From: Nemertoderma westbladi
Taxonomy: Eukaryota > Animalia > Xenacoelomorpha
NCBI GenBank assembly: GCA_032718475.1
Contig: JAUCBJ010007408.1
Coordinates: 13,654 to 77,653 of the forward strand
DNA: 64,000 bases
Direction of reading: 5' to 3'
This document shows positions 11,444 to 20,048 of the stretch, in pieces. The position numbers were made by a program, and so were the translations under genes. The notes beneath the pieces are model-generated. The model had not been told where the DNA came from and searched no databases. It saw only the letters and a list, made by a program, of their open reading frames with translations. Numbering within the stretch: the stretch's first letter is position 1; every line of letters begins with the position of its first letter.

Positions 11444-12316
11444 ATGGCCACAGATACATATATCACTCTACTTTCAGATAGCTCATTGAACACTTATCCC
11501 AATAATAATCCTAGTGAGTTTACTGTTGATTTAGCCGAAGAATTATATATTGGTCCAAATGCCAAAATTGGGCTTGCCGAACTTCAATATCATGCAACAT
11601 ACAGTAATATTACGCTGCAAACTCAAATCTCACTGTCAATCGGGGTAGATGCAAAAGATGCCAAATTATATAGTTTATTTCCTGGTATGCATAACTCTAT
11701 TCAAGTGATTATTGATGATATAAATAAACTGTTTAATTCTGAAGCGAAATATAGAGATTTCGAATTCATTTTTAATACAAATAATTCTAGAATTAAATTT
11801 AAATTTCCTAAAAAGTTGAAAAAAATACAATTAAGTCTACGTGGTGATTTAATACAAATTCTAGGCTTAAAACCGTTATTGGATCGGAATCATCCGGATA
11901 TTCCGAATTGGGATATATACAGTACCACTACAGTAGATGAATTAAGCAATATAGAACAGCCGATATTAATTTTAAATTATAGCGGGCCAAAAATTTCGGA
12001 AATTGGCATTTTAGATTTTCCAGCTCCCACGAATATAACTCGTAATAAAGACACTATCTTTATATACACAGATATTATTAAGAGCTCATTTGTTGGCGAC
12101 GCTTTAGCTCCGCTCTTAAGAACCTGCCCTTTAACGCAATTAAATCGAAAATATATTAATCACGAATACGAGAGCATTTGCTATTTCCCATTGTTGAATA
12201 AAAAACTAAAAACAATCTTAATTACTTTACGTGACGGCCAAGGCCAATTAATTAACTTCAGCGGAGGTCGCACTGTTATAACACTTAAGTTAATACGGGG
12301 TGGCGGTGATGGATGA
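11444..12316 (+). CDS. Minor capsid protein (penton) 1
   Basis: YITLLSDSS..PNNNPSEFTV..GLAEL; IYTDII..VGD..APLLR..YFPL..ITLRDGQGQLINF. Confidence 0.88.
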   Translation: MATDTYITLLSDSSLNTYPNNNPSEFTVDLAEELYIGPNAKIGLAELQYHATYSNITLQTQISLSIGVDAKDAKLYSLFPGMHNSIQVIIDDINKLFNSEAKYRDFEFIFNTNNSRIKFKFPKKLKKIQLSLRGDLIQILGLKPLLDRNHPDIPNWDIYSTTTVDELSNIEQPILILNYSGPKISEIGILDFPAPTNITRNKDTIFIYTDIIKSSFVGDALAPLLRTCPLTQLNRKYINHEYESICYFPLLNKKLKTILITLRDGQGQLINFSGGRTVITLKLIRGGGDG

Positions 12317-13154
12317 GTTCTACGTTAGACTACCGAGTAATTCCTGTCCAATTGATTTTCCCCGCAATAGCGCTAGTAATTATCAGATAAATTTCCACGG
12401 CGCCTTACCTATAAATCCAAACGAAAACTGGGTGGTAGGTATAAAAAGTATATTTTACTTAGCAACGTTGCCGTCCATGTATAACAATGTAGAGAATGTT
12501 ATTTTATTAGAAAAAGGGAAAAAAATTTTTGAGGATACACTTCCATCTGGTTTATTCTACAGTATCAATGACATTATAGATTATTTTAACACAGGAGCGT
12601 TGAAGGATAAATTACAAATAGTTGAAAATACTCAGCAAAATAGATTGCAATTTATTTTAGGGAAAACTGTGCGAGAGTTATTTATAGGCCAACAATTAGC
12701 CTATTATTTTGGAATTACTGAAAATAATCTCGGCGCGAATTTAAATCCAAATTTTAAAATTATTTTGAAGACAAAAAATAATATAAAGGGTTATTTAATA
12801 AAGGTTATCGGAAATGGAGAAAAGGCTTACCAGATGGTATTTTTATGCCCTCAACCACCCAACTCTATTCCAGAACCTAAGTCGAACATGTACGTGGCTA
12901 CTAATATAATTGAAAATCAATATATTAACGATTTTGGTTTAGCTTTACTTCGTCGTGTTGCGATACCTGATGATGTGAAATATGGTAGCGTAATAAATAA
13001 AGAATTTGTCAAGGATACAATTCATTATATCCCTGTAAAAAAATCATATAAGATAACATACATTCATATTGAAATAACAGACAAAGAAGGAAAAGATTTG
13101 AATTTTGAATACGGCACAACTTCTATTACATTACACTTTAAACGTATAAATTAA
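12309..13154 (+). CDS. Minor capsid protein (penton) 2
   Basis: FYVRLPSNS..FPRNSASNY..WVVGI; YVATNII..LLRRV..YIPV..IEITDKEGKDLNF..LHFKR. Confidence 0.88.
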   Translation: MDEFYVRLPSNSCPIDFPRNSASNYQINFHGALPINPNENWVVGIKSIFYLATLPSMYNNVENVILLEKGKKIFEDTLPSGLFYSINDIIDYFNTGALKDKLQIVENTQQNRLQFILGKTVRELFIGQQLAYYFGITENNLGANLNPNFKIILKTKNNIKGYLIKVIGNGEKAYQMVFLCPQPPNSIPEPKSNMYVATNIIENQYINDFGLALLRRVAIPDDVKYGSVINKEFVKDTIHYIPVKKSYKITYIHIEITDKEGKDLNFEYGTTSITLHFKRIN

Positions 13155-13155
13155 A

Positions 13156-13716
13156 ATGGATTCTGATTTATTTCAAAGATACAGTAAACCTCAATATGGG
13201 GGTTCAGACTCTAATCTTGCTGTTTTTAAAGGCAGAAGAAGTACCAGAGGCTCGACGCAAGTTCCTGTTTTTCGTGGTGGTTCATATATTGACCCTTACG
13301 GTCAACAAATTGGCACATTTGGTCCAAACTTAAAACAGCGTCGTTTTCAGCGTTATCGTAGAGGTATGCGGGCAAATCAACACGGAGAAGGTATATTTAC
13401 AGACGCCTTATTGACATTGAAAAAATTTGGTAAGCCATTAGCTAAAAAAGTTTTACAGAAAGCTTTACCATTTACCACAAAATTTATGAGACAACACGTA
13501 ATACCAAAAGGTAAGCGGGTCTTACATCAGCAGGCTAATACGGTTATTAATAAAGCATTAAATAAAATGAAACCGTCAACAAGGTCGGTTGTAGAAAAAG
13601 TTTATAGAGATTTAAAGCGACCCGCTAGACCAATGTCTATGAACATACATCATCGACGTAGTAAAAAGAGAAATATAAAAGGCAACCTGAAACACTGCGA
13701 AAAAAGTATTTTTTAA
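13156..13716 (+). CDS. Basic Polinton core protein with protease-cleavage-like motifs
   Basis: QYGG..VFKG, QHGEG/IF followed by amphipathic LKKFGKPLAKKVL; very R/K-rich; sits between penton and MCP. Confidence 0.75.
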   Translation: MDSDLFQRYSKPQYGGSDSNLAVFKGRRSTRGSTQVPVFRGGSYIDPYGQQIGTFGPNLKQRRFQRYRRGMRANQHGEGIFTDALLTLKKFGKPLAKKVLQKALPFTTKFMRQHVIPKGKRVLHQQANTVINKALNKMKPSTRSVVEKVYRDLKRPARPMSMNIHHRRSKKRNIKGNLKHCEKSIF

Positions 13717-13718
13717 TA

Positions 13719-14978
13719 ATATCAATTATTAAGGAATTAGATTTATTTTCTACACAGCCAATACAGACTGAATTTAAAGCAAAGCATTATGAAACAATTT
13801 ACCCCGTATCTAATCTCAGAAGTGAATCTAGGGAGGTCACCTTCCTTGTACCCAGATCCAATGAATTCTATACGAAACTGCAAGACGCGTTATTAATTAC
13901 AAAATGTACAGTACGTTGGGATAGACGACTTGAAAACTCCCATATTTATATGCTGAATTACCCAGCTGAAACTATGTGGAGTGATATTAAAATAGACCTT
14001 AATGAGAAGCAGGTTGAAAATAGCAATAACCATTATTTCTACAAGTCGTACTTATCCAATTTATTATTTACAACTTACGAGGATAAAAATGGGCTACTGG
14101 GTGCGGGTAGTTTTCATCAACCTTTATCTGAACACGGAAATGAAATTGATCCCGGCGCGCATCCTATTGCCGATGCCTTTAGTAAACAAATGCAATTTGT
14201 AAGTGGATTGACGATTGATTTTGATACTGAAACTAAAATAATACAACCTGGGTATGATTTAAGAATGCATTTTAGAAAAGTATCAAATTCGTTTATTTTT
14301 AAAATCACTCCAAACGCAAACGCCGTGACAAATCTTCGACTAGAATTAGATGAAATAAAAATTATAATCCCTAGAATGGAGGTTAATCCAGTAATAGAAA
14401 GCAGTCACCTAAAAGGTTTAGAGAGCTACGATATTGAATATCAATTTCAAAAAAAGGAGGTGACAACATTTACTATTCCCGCTCAAACCACAAATTACAC
14501 TCAAACAAACATATTTGATGGTAAAAAACCCAAATTAGTTATTATTGGCTTCATAACAAATAACGCTTATTCGGGAGAATTAATTAGCAATCCCTTGAAA
14601 TTTGAACATTTTAACCTTAGACGCGCGGAACTGATTGTAGACGGTCTTCCAGTAGGGGGTGTAATATACGAACCTAATTTTACAGATGGAACATATATTT
14701 TTGAGTATACTCAATTAATGAAGAACATTAATACATATATTAACGGTTATGGGGGTAATAATATAGACCATGAAACCTACTTAGGTAATTGTCCCATCCT
14801 ATCCTGGGACCTAACCGCCGACGGCTACGTTAGAGATCCGCAACCGTCGATATATACTAACGGTCAATTAAAATTAAGATTTGCCGAACCGTTGGTTGAA
14901 ACCATAAATGTAATCGTTTTTAATATTTATGATCAATCATTAAGTTTAAATAGCAGGAAAGAAATACATATCGATTAA
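13719..14978 (+). CDS. Double jelly-roll major capsid protein (start codon ATA)
   Basis: In-frame extension upstream of 13950 reads ISIIKELDLFSTQPIQT; core motifs NIFDGKKPKLVIIGF, YSG..NPLKFEH, WDLT, LRFAEPL. Confidence 0.93.
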   Translation: MSIIKELDLFSTQPIQTEFKAKHYETIYPVSNLRSESREVTFLVPRSNEFYTKLQDALLITKCTVRWDRRLENSHIYMLNYPAETMWSDIKIDLNEKQVENSNNHYFYKSYLSNLLFTTYEDKNGLLGAGSFHQPLSEHGNEIDPGAHPIADAFSKQMQFVSGLTIDFDTETKIIQPGYDLRMHFRKVSNSFIFKITPNANAVTNLRLELDEIKIIIPRMEVNPVIESSHLKGLESYDIEYQFQKKEVTTFTIPAQTTNYTQTNIFDGKKPKLVIIGFITNNAYSGELISNPLKFEHFNLRRAELIVDGLPVGGVIYEPNFTDGTYIFEYTQLMKNINTYINGYGGNNIDHETYLGNCPILSWDLTADGYVRDPQPSIYTNGQLKLRFAEPLVETINVIVFNIYDQSLSLNSRKEIHID

Positions 14979-14980
14979 GT

Positions 14981-15655
14981 ATGTTATCTACAGAGGACCT
15001 TGATAAGTTTCCAGTAAAATGGTTCCAGTTTCCAGAAAAAAAAATTTCCAGTAATAAAATGGATAATATTATTTTTGTTGATTTTCAATATTATAAGATA
15101 GACAATAAAGAGTATCCGGTAGTATTTAAAGAATTTGCAATATACGATTCTAATTACACCAAAACTAATGTAAAGACGTTTTTAATTAAAGGCCCGTCTA
15201 ATATTAAGTTATCAGCTTTAGATGCAGCTCACGTAAACAATTTACGGGATATGACTTCTCACTTGCCCTGGGACTACGGGGACATTTCTCAAGATGACTT
15301 TAAAAAATATATGAAGAGACATTTAAAATATAAAAAAAATATTCATGTATTTGGGTTGCTGAAACGGGTAATATTAGTTTCCCAACTCGATGTTCTCGAA
15401 CCAAATTTGGTGGAGAAATTGGGAATATATAAGCAATATCACGATTATTTAACACCTTGTCGATTTCACGACCGATTCACTACAATGGAAAGTAAATGCG
15501 CGTTCCACTTAAACATAAGGGATAACTGTCTGCGATACTGCTCAGCAAAATGTGTTGGCGGGTATGAGGCTCTACACTTTTTCATGAGAAAGCGTTTAAC
15601 TGCGACTGATGATGATAAACAGAAAGAAATAACTGCGGTGGAAGATGTACTGTAG
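14981..15655 (+). CDS. DEDD-fold exonuclease-like protein with Cys/His Zn site (probable start 15059)
   Basis: IFVDFQ..KEFAI, LPWDYGD, VFG..K, CAFH......YCS. Confidence 0.65.
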   Translation: MLSTEDLDKFPVKWFQFPEKKISSNKMDNIIFVDFQYYKIDNKEYPVVFKEFAIYDSNYTKTNVKTFLIKGPSNIKLSALDAAHVNNLRDMTSHLPWDYGDISQDDFKKYMKRHLKYKKNIHVFGLLKRVILVSQLDVLEPNLVEKLGIYKQYHDYLTPCRFHDRFTTMESKCAFHLNIRDNCLRYCSAKCVGGYEALHFFMRKRLTATDDDKQKEITAVEDVL

Positions 15656-15989
15656 GTTTACTCTAAGCATGTAATGTAATGTGATGGGATAATATAATTG
15701 TTTTAATGTCAATAAAAATAATAAAATATAATTTTTTTACAAGTTCTCTAAAAAAGAGTCAATTGCGCTAGGTTAACCATACACCTTTAACAATATGATG
15801 TAGACGTAACATGTACAGTAAGTATTCTCGATATCATTCTAATATAGATGTACTGGTATTGCGAAACATCCTTTACGTCGCAAACTAATAACACATACAG
15901 TAGTTGACTAGTAATATTAGTCAGAAAATGCAACATAATCTGTATAGGGTGTAATGATAACCTGTTGGTACCGGTTCTGATAAATTATA

Positions 15990-18900
15990 GGCCTATCTAC
16001 AACGGTCATCCACTTTATCAGTACCGGTAGTGTTTTACTCTTCCAACACTGTAGTCGCTGTCTACTGGTATCGGTACAGCAGTAATCTGATGCATGCGGG
16101 GGTCTCACATACAGGGATTAGATCACCTATCCAAACAATACAGTACTGCTGTACTGTCGCTGTTCTTGATGTAACAGCATAATCAGATAGAGCATACTGA
16201 TTTCCTTTGATTAGCATTGTACCGTACTGCAGTACCCAGCAAATACATATCCAGCGATTAGCACGCTAATAGCGGGATGTACCATCCTGCTAATATCCCG
16301 CCATTTTTATAAGATAATATCCGGATAATCGCCGTAAAAGTGGTCCCCGCTATAGCGGTGTTTTTAGCGGGATAATTATCCGGTTTTTAGCGGTTCCTTA
16401 GCGGCACTTTAGCGTGGATTTAGCGGCATTTGTAGCTGCCCAGGTTAAAAAAAATTAGCTTTGTCCAATCACATAGCGTTCCTTGTGCATACTCTGTGGA
16501 CAGATGAGGGGAGGGGGGGGGGGGGGGTGGGGCTGGAGTGGTTAGCCTACCATACCTACCCTATGCCTACACCTACACCCTACGGTCCTACACCTACAAT
16601 ACTCTATACAAACTGAGATGTAATCGTTTGAGTATAATAAGAGAATATATAATGCATTAAGACTTAGGAGTATCCTATATAACTTTAAGCGATCATCAAA
16701 AAATATTAATTCGATTATTAAAATCTATATATTTGATCTTATTTACAATCATATTAGATAATTCATAATTATGAATTTATTAAAAATAATAAATTGTAAA
16801 CTGTTTCTAATCGATTATTCGAAGACAAGAAACCATATATCTATCCAATAATTTCAGTTTTCTGCAAATTGAGGTAGTGTCGGGGGGTTGGGGTTGGTGG
16901 TTTATGTAAATGCAGTTTAATTTTTGACAGTTTAACATTTTTTTTGTTCACTGCAAAAATGTACAAATGAAAATTTAAATACAGTACATATTGTCTGTAC
17001 TACTGTATAACAACTGTAGGTACTGTAACCTGAGATACTGTAGGTACTGTATAAATTATTTCCTTAGATAGTTACTAAATTCTTTCCTTTGATTGAGTTT
17101 AAACTCTCCCTCCCACCACCACCACCAGGTATATCTACCCCATCATCATCTGCACAAACCGGTTCTTAGTGCATTATATTGAATGAGAGTTAATATTAAA
17201 TATAAATTAATATCGATTGTATCCATCCGTGAATTTGTGTTTTGTTGTCATTAGATTATTTAAATTGTTGTTTTATCTTATTCTACTGTATTACAGTATG
17301 TATCCGGGGCAATATCAAAAGTGTTATAATTGCGAAGTGCTTAATGTTGTTAGGATGTTGTAAATAATTTTAATTATCAAAAACGTCATTGGGATGGCTT
17401 TAATTATGGTAAACTTGTGAAAGTTCATAAAAATTAAAACATCGTGCCATGATCGTTCATATTTTAGGTACTGTACTGTATTGTTGATATAAATAAATGG
17501 ACGTAAAACTGAATGAAAAGTGAACGATCATTATTGAATGTGTTGGTTCATATTTAATTACGTTCAACTAGTGATTAAAATTATTACATTATTTTAAAAT
17601 TTCAAATTGGCTAATTGGGGTATTTCACTGGTAATGTCGGCATGTTGTACCTAGGGCCTACTGTAATCCAAACATTGTCTCATAGATTATTACGTCATGG
17701 GTTAAAACTGAATAAGTAACCATATGTCAATGTTCAATATCTTTGGCGAATGTCTTCTGCTTCCTGGAGTATGTTTGTACATATGTTATGGAGGAATACT
17801 GTACACATGGCCTCATCCATCCAGAAAAGAGGGGGGGGGGGGTGGAGTGGTTTCTGACGGCAGCCAAAATTCATATCTAGTCCTATCCATAATAATTTAA
17901 CAATGAGACGAGATATTAATTCGCCGAGATGGGATTTGTTTTGTGTAAGTACAACTCACCCCCCCCCCCCCCCCCCCACGTCTCCACCCACCATCCCTTA
18001 GTCGCTAGAACACCGCTATTTACTTTTATATTTAGCGACTAAATTGGTGCTAAAATCCCGCTACTCTCAGCTAGTTTTAGCTTCTCTACTGCTAAATTGA
18101 CGCTAAAACCCCGCGATCTATTAGGTCGATTTATTCATACGCTAAAGTGACGCTAAATCAAGGATTTTTTCCAGATATTTAGTGGATATTTTCTCCAGCG
18201 AATTGCCGGAAACTATTATCCGGCTATTAGCTGGATATTAAAACGCTAAAAACCAAGCTAGCGGGGTTTAGCGGGGTTTAGCTGGATATTATCCGGATAT
18301 TAGCCGGATGTGTCTTTGCTGGGTACCGGTACGACAGTACCTGCAGTAACAAACTAAACCAATGTATACAATATCGTGAGCTAGTTACAATCAGATGTGT
18401 ACACAGTCAGCCACGCTGCGGGGATGCGATCAACCTCACAGATAGCCTAGCAGCTCCTATCCACAACTGTCATCCACTTTATCAGTACAGCAGTAATCTG
18501 ATGTAATAGCATTTGTTTTTTTTCACCTATAAGGATACTGCTGTCTACCCGAACCTTGATTAGCATACTGCTGTCATAACCTAGATTACATCACCTATCC
18601 AAACAATACAGTACTGCTGTACTGTCGCTGTTCTTGATGTAACAGCATAATCAGATAGAGCATACTGATTTCCTTTGATTAGCATTGTACCGTACTGCAG
18701 TACCGGTACGACAGTACCTGCAGTAACAAACTAGGCTAATGTATACAATATCGTGAGCTAGTTACAATCAGATGTGTACACAGTCAGCCACGCTGCGTGG
18801 ATGCGATCAACCTCACAGATAGCCTAGCAGCTCCTATCCACAACTGTCATCCACTTTATCAGTACAGCAGTAATCTGATGTAATAGCATTTGTTTTTTTT

Positions 18901-19235
18901 TCACCTATAAGGATACTGCTGTCTACCCGAACCTTGATTAGCATACTGCTGTCATAACCTAGATTACATGCAGGGGTCTCACATATAGGGATTAGATCCC
19001 CTACCCAAACAATACAGTACTGCAGTACTGTCGCTGTTCTTGATGTAACAGCATTGTCAGATAGACCATACTGATTTCCTTTGATTAGCATTGTACTGCA
19101 GTACGGTACCGGTACCACAGTAATAATGTAACAGCACCCGTAGTAACAAACTAAACCATTGTATACAATATCGTGAGCTGGATATAATCAGATGTGCGCA
19201 CAGTCAGCCATGTTGCGGGGATGCAGTCAACCATG
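15990..19235. repeat. About 375-400-bp tandem repeat, ~3 units, unit 1 split by an insertion
   Basis: atc(a/c)ccta(t/c)ccaaacaatacagtactgc recurs at ~16122, ~18590 and ~18996; units are near-identical. Confidence 0.9.
16235..18323. mobile_element. Non-autonomous DNA transposon, probably CMC/EnSpm-like, TA TSD
   Basis: Termini CCCAGCAAA...TTTGCTGGG flanked by TA; many subterminal ttagcgg/gctaaa/tatccgg repeats; the sister unit shows the empty site gcagTAccggtacg at ~18697-18710. Confidence 0.85.
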
Positions 19236-19529
19236 CAGTCAGAGCAGCATCGCTGCCACCCTCGCGAGCAGCCTCGCGGCACGCAGTCAGCCTGAGACCC
19301 TCGCAGCTAGTCACGCAGTCAGCCTCGTGGTCGGTCATGCAGTCAGCCAGCCAGCCACGCAGCTTGGCACGCAGTCAGCCCGTGAGAGTCATACTTATTC
19401 AAACGAGGTTAGTTTTCCCTAACTACCGATAGATTGATTGAAAAATAATAATAATGTTTAATTTTCATCTTCTAATCACCAACACCTAAAGTCGCAACAC
19501 CAAACATTAATAAATAATTAACAAGTTTA

Positions 19530-20048
19530 CTAAATCATAGGGTAATAAATATGAAATTTGCTAGGTGAACACATTAAAGTACATTTACCGGTATGAAAGC
19601 AGCAAATGACTACGGTATTATTTATTCTTATTTTGCAATTATTAAAAATTTCAGGTTCATATATAACTTGAAGTTGCACATTATCAAAGACAACATAAAA
19701 CCCGGTATTGTTTATCAATAACCTATAGACTACAGACTTAATACTACAAATATAAGTACATAAATTAACAGATTTTAAAATCAAATTAATACTAGTTTTA
19801 TCAAATATATGCTTTTTTACTTTTTGGAAATTATACTTACTGCCTAATAATGTAATACGACCATTTTTAAATATTAATAATGTGGCACCAAATATCTTAT
19901 ATATAAACTGATTTGGTTTGAGTATGTGTTTACCAGATAATTGATTTTTTAATTCTTTAAAATTAATCGCTAACACTTGCTGGCAACTTATATTTTTATT
20001 TACTATTTGATAATTCATCATCAATACCATCGTCTTTTGGTTCTTCAT
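19530..20048 (-). CDS. TATA-binding-protein-like protein (probable start ~20021)
   Basis: Two TBP-type repeats: IVN..INFKEL..ATLLIFKNGRITLLG and YEPEIFN..VICCFHTGKCTLM. Confidence 0.75.
   Translation of the reverse strand: MKNQKTMVLMMNYQIVNKNISCQQVLAINFKELKNQLSGKHILKPNQFIYKIFGATLLIFKNGRITLLGSKYNFQKVKKHIFDKTSINLILKSVNLCTYICSIKSVVYRLLINNTGFYVVFDNVQLQVIYEPEIFNNCKIRINNTVVICCFHTGKCTLMCSPSKFHIYYPMI

Noticed and set aside
18834-19422. ORFs within the Polinton tandem repeats
   Set aside because: Repeat-derived, no motifs, frame not kept between units
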